A program made the translations under genes and the position numbers. Source: an uncultured delta proteobacterium (GTDB lineage: Bacteria > Myxococcota > Myxococcia > Myxococcales > Myxococcaceae). Taken from it: 64,000 nt of DNA. Positions 21,834 to 31,315 of this stretch are shown piece by piece. The stretch spans positions 145,167-209,166 of the forward strand of contig CAVYSY010000050.1 of the NCBI GenBank assembly GCA_963771175.1, written 5' to 3'. Position 1 is the first letter of the stretch; every line of letters begins with the position of its first letter. The notes beneath the pieces were generated by a model. The model was not told the origin of the DNA and searched no databases. It saw only the letters and a list, made by a program, of their open reading frames with translations.

Positions 21834-24631
21834 ATGACAGCCAGGCGCCTGGCCATTCGCTGTGCCCGTTGGAGTTCCCTCCTCACCGCGCTGCTGCTCG
21901 CAGGTCTGACGGCGGCCTCCGAGGCGTCCGCCGAGGGCTTCACCCTCTTCGAGAGCGGGCAGGTCCGACCGCTCAGCCTCTCGCCGAGTGGCAAGTTCCT
22001 CTTCGCCGTCAATACGCCGGACAACCGCCTCGAGGTCTTCGAGATCACCCCGGGCGGTCTCGGCCACCGCTTCTCGGTGCCCGTGGGGCTCGAGCCCGTC
22101 GCGGTCGCGGCGCGCAGCGACGAGGAGGTCTGGGTCGTCAATCACCTGTCCGACAGCGTGAGCGTCGTGCGGATCAACCAGCTCGGGACCGCGGGCTCGG
22201 TGATGCGGACCCTGCTCGTCGGCGACGAGCCGCGCGACATCGTCTTCGCCGGGCCGGGGAAGAGCCGCGCCTTCATCACCGCGGCCCACCGCGGCCAGAA
22301 CGTCCCCTTCGATCCTCAGTTCACCACGCCGGGCATCGGCCGGGCCGACGTCTGGGTCTTCGACGCCACCAACCCGGGCACCTCGCTCGGCGGCACTCCG
22401 CTCAATATCCTCACCCTCTTCAGCGACACCCCGCGCGCGCTCGCGGTGACGCCCGACGGCTCGCGCGTCTACGCCGCCGCCTTCCACTCGGGCAACCGCA
22501 CCACGATCATCGCCGAGAGCCTCGTGCCCAACGGGGGCGAGGCGGCCGGCGGCGTCCCGGGTCCGAACGTCAACTTCGAGGGAAAGCCGGCGCCCGAGAC
22601 CGGCGTGATCGTCAAGTACGACGGCCAGCACTGGGTCGACTCGCTGGGCCGCCCGTGGACGGATCAGGTGAAGTTCTCCCTGCCGGACAAGGACGTGTTC
22701 GTCATCGACGCCACCGCCAACCCGCCGGCGCAGCTCGCGGGCCCGGCCGGCTTCTACTCCGGCGTCGGCACCATTCTCTTCAACATGGCCGTCAACCCGG
22801 TGAACGGGAAGGTGTACGTCAGCAACACCGAGGCCCGGAATGATCTGCGCTTCGAGGGGCCGGGCACCCTCGCCGGCAGCAGCCTGCGCGGTCACCTGCA
22901 CGAGAGCCGCATCACGGTGCTGGGCGCCTCGGGCGTTGCTCCGCGGCACCTCAACAAGCACATCAACTACGACGTCTGCTGCGCCCCCATTCCCAACCCG
23001 GAGAACGAGAAGAGCCTCGCGCAGCCGCTCGGCATGGCGGTGAGCTCCAACGGCTCCACGCTGTACGTGGCCGCGTTCGGCTCCTCGAAGATCGGCGTCT
23101 ACTCCACCGCCGCGCTCGAGGCGAACACCTTCGTTCCGAGCACGACGAACCAGATCCTCCTGAGCGGCGGCGGCCCCACCGGGCTCGTGCTGGACGAGGC
23201 CCGCGGGCGCATGTACGTGCTGACGCGCTTCGACAACGCCATCTCCATCGTCAACACCGCCACGCGCCAGGAGACGGCGCACGTGCGGATGTACAACCCC
23301 GAGCCGGTGAACGTGGTGGCGGGGCGCCGCTTCCTCTACGACGCGCGGAGGAGCTCGAGCCACGGTGACTCGTCCTGCGCGAGCTGCCACATCTTCGGCG
23401 ACTTCGACAGCCTGGACTGGAACCTCGGCAACCCGGATGGCACCTACAAGCTCAACGCGAACCCCATCGCCACGACGCCGCCCGAGTTCGGTGACTGATC
23501 CCACCTTCGGGCAGGATCCCAACTTCCACCCGGTGAAGGGCCCGCTGGCCACCCAGAGCCTGCGCGGGATGGCCAACCACGGTCCGATGCACTGGCGCGG
23601 AGACCGCACCGGCGGCAACGACGAGCCGAGCGCCCAGCCGAACGACGGCGCGTTCGACGAGGTCGCGGCGTTCAAGCAGTTCAACCCCGCGTTCATGGAT
23701 CTGCTCGGGCGCAACGCGCAGCTCTCGCCCGCGGAGATGCAGCAGTTCGCCGACTTCATGCTCCAGGTCGTCTATCCGCCCAACCCGGTCCGCAACCTCG
23801 ACAACTCGCTCACGCCAGCGCAGCAGCGGGGCAAGGACTTCTTCATGAACACCGTGAGCTTCTTCCACGGCTCGTGTAATTCCTGCCACCGGCTCGATCC
23901 CAACGACAACCCCAGCGAGGGCTCCTTCAAGGGCCTCTTCGGAACGGACGGGAAATCGGCCTTCGTCGGGACGGCGATCTTCCCCAAGACCCCGCACCTG
24001 CGCAACATGTACCAGAAGGTCGGCATGTTCGGCGTGGGCTTCCCCTTCGGCTTCCAGCCCCCGGATCCCTTCCTCGGGGATCAGATCCGCGGCTTCGGCT
24101 TCAACAGCGATGGTTCGATCGACACGCTGTTCCGCTTCAACGCCGGCTTCGACTTCCACCCCATCTTCAACTCGGTGGGCATCCCGGACTCGCCCGAGGG
24201 CGTCCAGGCCAAGCTGGACATGGAGCAGTTCCTGCTCGCCTTCGACACCAACCTGGCGCCGATCGTCGGCCAGCAGGTGACCCTCACGGCCCACAACGTC
24301 GAGCGTGGTGGGTCCCCGCATCAACCTGCTGGTGGCGCGTGCGAACGCCGGCGAGTGCGATCTGGTGGCCAAGGGTCGGATGGCGCATGATGAGGTGGGC
24401 TTCCTCTACGTGGGCGGCGGACAGTTCAAGGCCGACCAGCAGTCCAAGCCCCTCGTCTCCGACGCGGCCCTCCGCCAGCAGGTCACCTCGGGCAGCGGTG
24501 CGCTGACCTATACCTGCACGCCTCTGGGCTCGGGCCAGCGCATCGGCATCGATCGCGACCTGGACGGGTTCCTCGATGGCGACGAGCGGGTGGCGTGTAG
24601 CAATCCGGCGGATCCCCTCAGCACCCCGTGA
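21834..24631 (+). CDS. Secreted YVTN-type beta-propeller + di-heme cytochrome c (peroxidase/MauG-like) protein (frameshifts near 23490 and 24305)
   Basis: Signal peptide; [42 protein letters not shown] repeats; heme motifs CASCH and [27 protein letters not shown]-terminal [12 protein letters not shown]. Confidence 0.8.
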
Positions 24632-24724
24632 GTAGTGCCGGAGGAGCGCTCCCGGTCCTCACGAGGGCCGGGCGGCGCTCCCCGGTGGAGTTCCCTTCCA
24701 GATAGTTGTTCGAGCGACGCCTTC

Positions 24725-26997
24725 ATGGCCAGACAGCACGCTTCCTCCTCATTTGCCCGCTCCTCCCTGGCCCGCTCGACGCTCATCAAGATGGGCGTGC
24801 GCATCGCGGTGATCATCGCGCTGGCCACCCTCTTCAGCTACCTCCACATCTTCAACTCCTTGCGCACCGAGGCCCTGGTGCGGATGGAGGGGTATGTCTC
24901 GGAGCGTAGCCAGCGGGAGCAGGCCCTCTTCGTGCTGGCCCAGGACAACCACGCCGTCATCAAGAAGGTCCTGGAGGCGCGGCTTCGGGCCTTGAGCAAG
25001 GAGGACCCGAACCCCCGCTTCGACAGCATGTTCGCGCTGCTCCCGGATGGGACGATCCGCAACTATGACCCGAACTACGACGGCACGAAGGTGCCGGGGG
25101 TCTTCGTTCCCAGGGGCGTGAAGACAGATGCCGACTTCCGTCGCCGGCTCCTGGTCGCCTACGACGTGGTCGCCGAGTATGGGCCCGCCTACCATGTCCG
25201 CTTCATGGACACCGGCGTCATTCTGCCGGAGGGCGCGATCGTGGGGTACTGGCCGGAGGGGGCCACCTATTTCCGGGATCTCGAGCCTGGCTTCTCGCTG
25301 ATGGGCTTCGAGTACTTCACCCTCGCCCTGCCCGAGAACAACCCACAGCGGAGCTCGGCCTGGAGCGGCATCTTCGAGGATCCGCCCAGCCAGATGTGGA
25401 TGTCCACGGTCACCACCCCGGTGGACATGGACGGCCGCTATGTCGCGACGATCACCCATGACGTGTTCCTGAACGAGCTGATGAGCCGGACCATCGGCCA
25501 GCACCTGCCCGGGGCCTACAACATCCTCTTCCGCGACGATGGCCAGCTCATCGCCCACCCCGAGCTGAGGATGAAGAGTGGGGTGGAGCCCTACAACATC
25601 CTGAACGACACCCGGCGGTCGGAGGACATCTTCGCGAAGGCGGGCACCGCCGAGCAGCGAGCCCACCTGCGCGCCATCTTCGAGCGCGTGAAGGCGCGAG
25701 CCCCCGACCGAGTCCGTGGTGGAGCTCTCGGATTATGACGAGTACATCGCCGTGGCGCGGCTGGAGGGCCCGGGTTGGACCTTCGTCACGGTGCTGCCCG
25801 AGAGCGTGGTGTCCGCGGACGCCTTCCGGGCGGCGCGCTATGTCCTGGCGTTCGGCGTGCTGTCGCTGCTCCTGGAGCTGGTCATCATGTTCTGGGTGCT
25901 GAGGCAGCAGATCTCCCGTCCGCTGCTGGACTTCACCCAGGCCACGACCAGCCTGGCGGCCGGTGACTTCAAGGTCACGCTGGACACCTCGCGCGGCGAC
26001 GAGCTGGGGACGCTGGCGCACGCCTTCCAGCGGATGGCCGGAGAGCTCCAGCGGCGCGAGGAGGACCTGCGGCAGGCCAACGAAGGGCTGGAGCAGCGGG
26101 TGGAGGAGCGCACCCGGGAGCTCCAGCAGGTCCATCGGCAGCTCGTGGAGACCGCGCGGCAGGTGGGTCGGGCGGAGATCGCCACCAACGTGCTGCACAA
26201 CGTCGGCAACGTGCTGAACAGTGTCCACACCTCGGCGCAGCTCGCCCGGGAGCGGCTGATCGGGCTGAAGCTCGAGAGCGTGGAGCGGGTGGTGGCCCTG
26301 CTCTCGGAGCACGAGGCCGAGCTCGGCGACCTTCCTGACCCAGGACGAGCGCGGACGGAACGTGCTGCCCTTCCTGAACCAGCTCGGGAAGTACATGCAG
26401 GTGGAGCGTCAGGAGATCCAGACCCTGCTCAATGACGTCTGCCGGCACACCGAGCACATCGGCTCCATCGTCAAGCTGCAGCAGCGCTACGCCCGGACGC
26501 CCCAGCAGCTCTTCGAGCCGGTCGACCTGGGAGAGCTGGTGGAGGACGCCCTGCGCATCAACCAGGCCGCGCTCGGCCGCCACTCCGTCAAGGTGGAGCG
26601 GTACCTGGCGGACGTGCCCGCCGTGCTGACCGAGAAGCACAAGGTGCTGATGATCCTGGTCAATCTGATCAGCAACGCCAAGTACGCCATGGATGACGTG
26701 CCCGAGGAGGCGCGGCGCATGAGCGTGAAGCTGGAGCGTTCCGCCGCCGGCCGTATCCTCATCGAGGTGCGGGACAATGGCGTGGGCATCGCGCCGGAGA
26801 TGATCACGCGCATCTTCCAACATGGCTTCACCACCCGAGAGGAGGGGCACGGCTTCGGCCTGCACTCCAGTGCCCTGGCGGCCCAGGAGCTGGGAGGCTC
26901 ACTGAGCGCTCACAGCGAGGGTCCGGGGCAGGGGGCCACGTTCACGCTGGAACTACCCGCCGTCCCGGAGGAGCTGAATGAGCGAGCAAGCGCGTAA
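24725..26997 (+). CDS. Membrane sensor histidine kinase (Cache-like sensor, HAMP, HisKA, HATPase; frameshifts near 25710 and 26330)
   Basis: Two TM segments, DELGTLAHAFQRM HAMP, ATNVLHNVGNVLN H-box, NLISNAKYA, DNGVGI, GFTT..GHGFGL. Confidence 0.88.
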
Positions 26998-27493
26998 GAG
27001 GCGGATCCTGGTCGTCGACGACTCCGAGGCCATCCACAAGGACTTCCGGCGGATTCTCTGCCCGGAGCCGGTGGGAGGTCTGGATGCGCTGGCTCAGTTG
27101 GAGGATGCGATCTTCGGTCCGGCGCCCTCCCGAGCGACTTCCTCCACCCCGGTGTTCGAGCTGGATTCGGCCTACCAGGGCCAGGAGGGGCTCGCACGGG
27201 TGCGGGAGGCCCTGGCCGCTGGCCGCCCGTATGCGCTGGTCTTCCTGGACTACCGCATGCCGCCCGGCTGGAACGGCTTCGAGACGCTGCGACACCTGCG
27301 CGAGGTGGCGCCCTCGTTGCCGGTGGTGCTCTGCTCGGCCTACTCCGACTACTCGTGGAATGAGATCGCCCGCGAGTTCGGTGGGACGCACCTGCTGGTG
27401 GAGCTGAGGAAGCCCTTCAACACGCAGGAGCTGAGCCGGCTGGCGCTCACCCTCTCCGAGGAGCCGGCCCAGGGGGAGGGGAGCTACTCCTGA
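26978..27493 (+). CDS. Single-domain response regulator
   Basis: RILVVDD, VFLDYRMPPGWNG, CSAYS, LRKPF; overlaps the kinase stop codon. Confidence 0.88.
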   Translation: MSEQARKRRILVVDDSEAIHKDFRRILCPEPVGGLDALAQLEDAIFGPAPSRATSSTPVFELDSAYQGQEGLARVREALAAGRPYALVFLDYRMPPGWNGFETLRHLREVAPSLPVVLCSAYSDYSWNEIAREFGGTHLLVELRKPFNTQELSRLALTLSEEPAQGEGSYS

Positions 27494-29025
27494 CCCGTGG
27501 GGGAGGGGTTGAACTCCTTGGCCACCAGGTTGCCGAGCACGGCGTCCTTCGGCACGTAGCCGTCGGCGCCGGCCTCGCGGCAGATGCGCTGCAGCTCCTC
27601 GACGTTCTCGCCGGAGCACAGCAGCACCTTGATGCCCTTGAAGAGGCTGTTGCTCTTGATGAACCGGCAGAACTGTTCGCCGTTCACGTTGGGCATGCGC
27701 ACGTCCAACAGGACCAGGTCCGGGCGCGTCTGCTTCTTCAGGATGATCTTCGTCGCCTTGTCCGCCGAGTCGGCGATGTGCACCTCGAAGCCCTTGGTCA
27801 CCAGGTCCGCTTCGATGATGCGCGCCGTCATCTCGCTGTCGTCGACGATGAGGATGCGAGGCTTGCGCCCGGCCGCCGCCGCCATCTTCGCCGCGGACGG
27901 GAAGCCCCCCGTGGCCGCGGGGGCGGGCGCCGCCGGAGCGGGAGCCGCCGGAGCGGGCGCCGTCACAGGGGCCGGAGCTGGCGCGGTGGTCTGAGGTGCC
28001 ACGGGCGTCGGAGCCGGTGCCGCGGCGGGAGCCGCCTGTGCCGGAGCCGGGGGGGCCGCCGGAGTCGGGGGCGCCTGCACCGCCGGACGAGGCTGCGCGG
28101 GCTGACCCGCCACGGGCGCGCGAGGAGCCGCCGCGGTGGGGTGGGCTGCCGCCGCCGTCGGAGCCTGCACCGCCGGACGAGGCTGCGCGGGCTGACCCGC
28201 CATGGGCGCGCGAGGAGCCGCCGTGGCGGGGTGGGCTGCCGCCGCGGTGGGATGGGCCCCCGCCGCCGGAGTGTGCACTACCGGACGAGGCTGCGTGGGC
28301 TGACCCGCCACGGGCGCGCGAGGAGCCGCTGTCGCCGGCTGAGCCCCCGTCGGCACCGGGTGGGGACCCGCCGCCGTCGGAGCCTGCACCGCCGGACGAG
28401 GCTGCGCGGGCTGACCCGCCACGGGCGCGCGAGGGCCGGGGATCGCCTGCGCCTGGGTGGCGGGAGCGACGCGAGGTGGAGGGGCGACGTTCGTCTGGGG
28501 CACGGTGCCTGGCGCGACGGGCCGAGGAGCGGCGATGGGGCCGGGAGCCCGGGTCGCCGGAGCCACGGCGGGCGGGCGGGGGGCGGCGGAAGTGGTGGGC
28601 GGGCGAGCGACCGGGGAGGCAGGCGTCGTGACGGGGCGTGCGGGGGTGGTCGCACTGGCGGTGGGGGCCCCCAGGATGCGCATGATGCCGGAGATCACCG
28701 CCTCGATGCCCCCTCCCTTGAGGATGTAGGCATCCGCGCCCGAGTTCCGGGTCTTCGCGGCCAGTTCCTCCTCGGAGATATCCGAGTAGAGTACCAGCTT
28801 GGACGTGACCTTCTTCTGGGTGCGGAGGTACTCGACGACGTCATCGCCGAACATCTCCGGCATGTTCACGTCCATCAGGATGAGCGCGAACGGTCCCTCG
28901 GAGAGCTTCTGGTCGAGGCTCGCCAGGTCCGTAGCCCCGGTGGCCTGGTAGCCAACCGAGCCAAGCGCCCGGACCGTGAGCTCCACCAGCATTGGGCTAT
29001 CATCGATGACCAGTACGCGAGACAT
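27484..29025 (-). CDS. frzZ: FrzZ dual-receiver response regulator with an expanded Pro/Ala linker (513 aa)
   Basis: MSRVLVIDDSPML...LILMD52VNMP and KPRILIVDDSEMTARIIEADL...LLDVRMPNVNGEQFC; divergent from frzA. Confidence 0.92.
   Translation of the reverse strand: MSRVLVIDDSPMLVELTVRALGSVGYQATGATDLASLDQKLSEGPFALILMDVNMPEMFGDDVVEYLRTQKKVTSKLVLYSDISEEELAAKTRNSGADAYILKGGGIEAVISGIMRILGAPTASATTPARPVTTPASPVARPPTTSAAPRPPAVAPATRAPGPIAAPRPVAPGTVPQTNVAPPPRVAPATQAQAIPGPRAPVAGQPAQPRPAVQAPTAAGPHPVPTGAQPATAAPRAPVAGQPTQPRPVVHTPAAGAHPTAAAAHPATAAPRAPMAGQPAQPRPAVQAPTAAAAHPTAAAPRAPVAGQPAQPRPAVQAPPTPAAPPAPAQAAPAAAPAPTPVAPQTTAPAPAPVTAPAPAAPAPAAPAPAATGGFPSAAKMAAAAGRKPRILIVDDSEMTARIIEADLVTKGFEVHIADSADKATKIILKKQTRPDLVLLDVRMPNVNGEQFCRFIKSNSLFKGIKVLLCSGENVEELQRICREAGADGYVPKDAVLGNLVAKEFNPSPTGQE
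28073..28434 (-). repeat. Four-copy repeat in the frzZ linker (PRAP(V/M)AGQP(A/T)QPRP(A/V)V(Q/H)(A/T)P)
   Basis: Core ccggacgaggctgcg at 28083, 28173, 28281 and 28392 (periods 90, 108 and 111 bp, all in frame). Confidence 0.9.
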
Positions 29026-29133
29026 CTGCCTCCTCAGGAATACGACTGTAACCCTACACCGTTGAGCCGGCCCGGACCATGTGATTCGGTCCGCCCTTGA
29101 CCCTGTTCGCTCGCCTCCGGATACTTTGGCGCC

Positions 29134-29649
29134 TTGACCACCACTCCCCTTCAGCGTGCGCTCCGGAAGGCGCCCGACCGTGCCATCGCAGGCCAGGCTC
29201 GGCCGGAGCAGGAATTCTTCTGCTTCCGCGTGGGCGACCTTCGCATGGGCGTTCCCAGTGAGAACGTCCTCGAGGTCATCCGGACCGGTCTCCTCACGCC
29301 CCTGCCTCGGACCCCGTCCTTCCTCCTCGGTGTTACCGGCCATCGCGGCGAGGTACTCCCGGTGCTGGATCTCCTGCGCTTCCTTGGCAAGGGGGAGGCC
29401 CGCGTCGGGCCGAGGACCCGACTCTTCATCGGCACCAGCGGCAACTACCGCGTCGGTGTGGTGGCGGACTCGGTGCTCGGCCTGCGCCGGGTGCTCGTGG
29501 CCGACATCCTTCCTCCTCCCCTGGGTGGGGATTCGGCCGCCGAGCACCTGCTCGGTGTGTCCGAGGGCGGTTCGCTCGGGGCAGCGGTGGCCTTCATCAA
29601 TTTCACCAAGCTGCTGCAGAACGCTCGGCAGCGGGCGGTGGTGCGATGA
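29134..29649 (+). CDS. frzA: FrzA, CheW-like coupling protein
   Basis: FFCFRVG, LTPLPRTPSFLLGVTGHRGEVLPVLDL; first gene of the frz operon. Confidence 0.9.
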   Translation: MTTTPLQRALRKAPDRAIAGQARPEQEFFCFRVGDLRMGVPSENVLEVIRTGLLTPLPRTPSFLLGVTGHRGEVLPVLDLLRFLGKGEARVGPRTRLFIGTSGNYRVGVVADSVLGLRRVLVADILPPPLGGDSAAEHLLGVSEGGSLGAAVAFINFTKLLQNARQRAVVR

Positions 29650-30029
29650 TCGGCTACGACGATCCGTCGGCCGAGTCCGAGTCCAATGAGGTCGACGTCC
29701 TCTTCTTCGCGGTCGGCGACATCATCTATGGCACCGACGCCTCGCAGGTGCTGCGCATCGACCGCGCGCACCCGGATGATCTCTCGGTCGCGGAGCTCGG
29801 TGAGCTCAAGCGCGGCAACCGCGCGCTCGTCTTCGACACCCCCGAGGGGGAGGGCCACCTCAAGGTGGATGCCATCCGGGGCGTGCGCCCCGTCCCCATC
29901 ATCGACCTGCGGCGGTTGCCCCCAGCGGTCTCCGCTGCGTCTTACGCGGTCGGAGTGTTCCTCGATGAGGAGCGCCCCGTGATGCTGATCGATCTCGTTG
30001 AAACCTTGAATGCTCAAGGAAGGCACTGA
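29646..30029 (+). CDS. frzB: FrzB, atypical CheW-like protein
   Basis: EVDVLFFAVG..YGTDASQVLRIDR, ALVFDTPEGEGHLKVD, VMLIDL; lies between frzA and frzCD. Confidence 0.88.
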   Translation: MIGYDDPSAESESNEVDVLFFAVGDIIYGTDASQVLRIDRAHPDDLSVAELGELKRGNRALVFDTPEGEGHLKVDAIRGVRPVPIIDLRRLPPAVSAASYAVGVFLDEERPVMLIDLVETLNAQGRH

Positions 30030-30034
30030 AGGCA

Positions 30035-31261
30035 ATGTCCCCTGTTGACCCGAAGAACGAAGTTGTCGCGACGGAGGGCGTCGCCGCCCCTCGTTCGAAG
30101 AAGGCCGCCCCGCTCAAGCCCCTCACCGACACCGTGATCGCGGTGCTGGCGGGCAACCTCGAGGCGCGCGTTCCGAAGAACGCCGTGGAGGACGATGCCG
30201 CTGATCTGGCCAACCTCTTCAACCAGCTCCTGGATCGTCACGCCGCCGCCGAGCGCCGCAAGCAGGTGGCCGCTCAGGAGATCGATCAGGCCATCGACGC
30301 GCTGATCACCCTGGTGCGCGAGGGCGATCTGGCCCAGTGGAACACCTCCACCGAAGACCCCCAGCTTGGGCCCCTGCTCGAGGGCTTCGGCAAGGTGATC
30401 GAGACGCTGCGCACCTTCGTGCGGGAGATCAACGAGGCGGCCCTGCGCCTGTCCTCGTCCGCCAACCAGGTGCTCGCCGCCTCCACGCAGCACGAGACGA
30501 GCTCCACCGAGCAGGCCGCGGCCATCCACGAGACCACGGCGACGATGGAAGAGCTCAAGCACGCCTCGGCGCAGATCGCCGAGAACGCCGGCAGCGTGGC
30601 GCGCGTGGCCGAGGAGACCCTGGGTGCCGCTCGCGCGGGCCGGGGCGCCATTGGCGAGTTCATCCAGGCCATGCAGCAGATCCGCAGCGACGGTGTCGCG
30701 GTGGCCGACTCCATCACCAAGCTGTCCAAGCGCGTGGAGCGCATCGGCACGGTGGTCGAGGTGATCGACGAGATCGCCGACCGCTCGGACCTGCTCGCGC
30801 TCAACGCCGCCCTCGAGGGCAGCCGCGCCGGTGAGGCGGGCAAGGGCTTCTCCATCGTGGCCGCCGAGATGCGGCGCCTGGCGGAGAACGTCATGGAGTC
30901 CACCAAGGAGATCAAGAACCTGATCACCGAGATCCGCGAGGCCACGGCCGCGGCGGGTACGGCGGCGGAGGCCTCCAAGGAGGCCACGGAGTCCGGTGAG
31001 AAGCTGGGCGCGGTGGCGGCGCAGGCGGTCGAGGGCATCCTCGCCGGCGTGCAGGAGACGAGTGACGCGGCTCGCGTCATCAACCTCGCCACCCAGCAGC
31101 AGCGCACGGCCACCGAGCAGGTGGTGGCCTCCATGGCGGAGATCGAGGACGTTACGCGTCAGACCACTCAGGCCTCGAAGCAGGCCACGGGTGCAGCCGC
31201 CGAGCTCACGCAGCTCGCCGGTCGTCTGGCGGAGCTCATCAAGCGCTTCAAGGCCGACTAA
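30035..31261 (+). CDS. frzCD: FrzCD, cytoplasmic methyl-accepting chemoreceptor
   Basis: No TM segment; IDEIADRSDLLALNAALEGSRAGEAGKGFSIVAAEMRRLAE signalling hairpin. Confidence 0.95.
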   Translation: MSPVDPKNEVVATEGVAAPRSKKAAPLKPLTDTVIAVLAGNLEARVPKNAVEDDAADLANLFNQLLDRHAAAERRKQVAAQEIDQAIDALITLVREGDLAQWNTSTEDPQLGPLLEGFGKVIETLRTFVREINEAALRLSSSANQVLAASTQHETSSTEQAAAIHETTATMEELKHASAQIAENAGSVARVAEETLGAARAGRGAIGEFIQAMQQIRSDGVAVADSITKLSKRVERIGTVVEVIDEIADRSDLLALNAALEGSRAGEAGKGFSIVAAEMRRLAENVMESTKEIKNLITEIREATAAAGTAAEASKEATESGEKLGAVAAQAVEGILAGVQETSDAARVINLATQQQRTATEQVVASMAEIEDVTRQTTQASKQATGAAAELTQLAGRLAELIKRFKAD

Positions 31262-31315
31262 CCAGGAGGGGGAGGGGCAAGGCGGGGCGGTCCTCCGTCC
31301 TCAAGCCCTCTGGTC

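Noticed and set aside
21810..23759. Long antisense or alternate-frame ORFs (e.g. 21810-23759 -, 53459-55891 -, 31682-33541 -, 10403-11998 -, 15572-17137 +)
   Set aside because: Stop-poor shadows of GC3-biased real genes, with no recognisable motifs.
29097..29127. TTGACC...GATACT/TACTTT as the frz operon promoter
   Set aside because: Plausible, but the -10 match and spacing are ambiguous and the frzA start is uncertain, so it is not listed as a feature.
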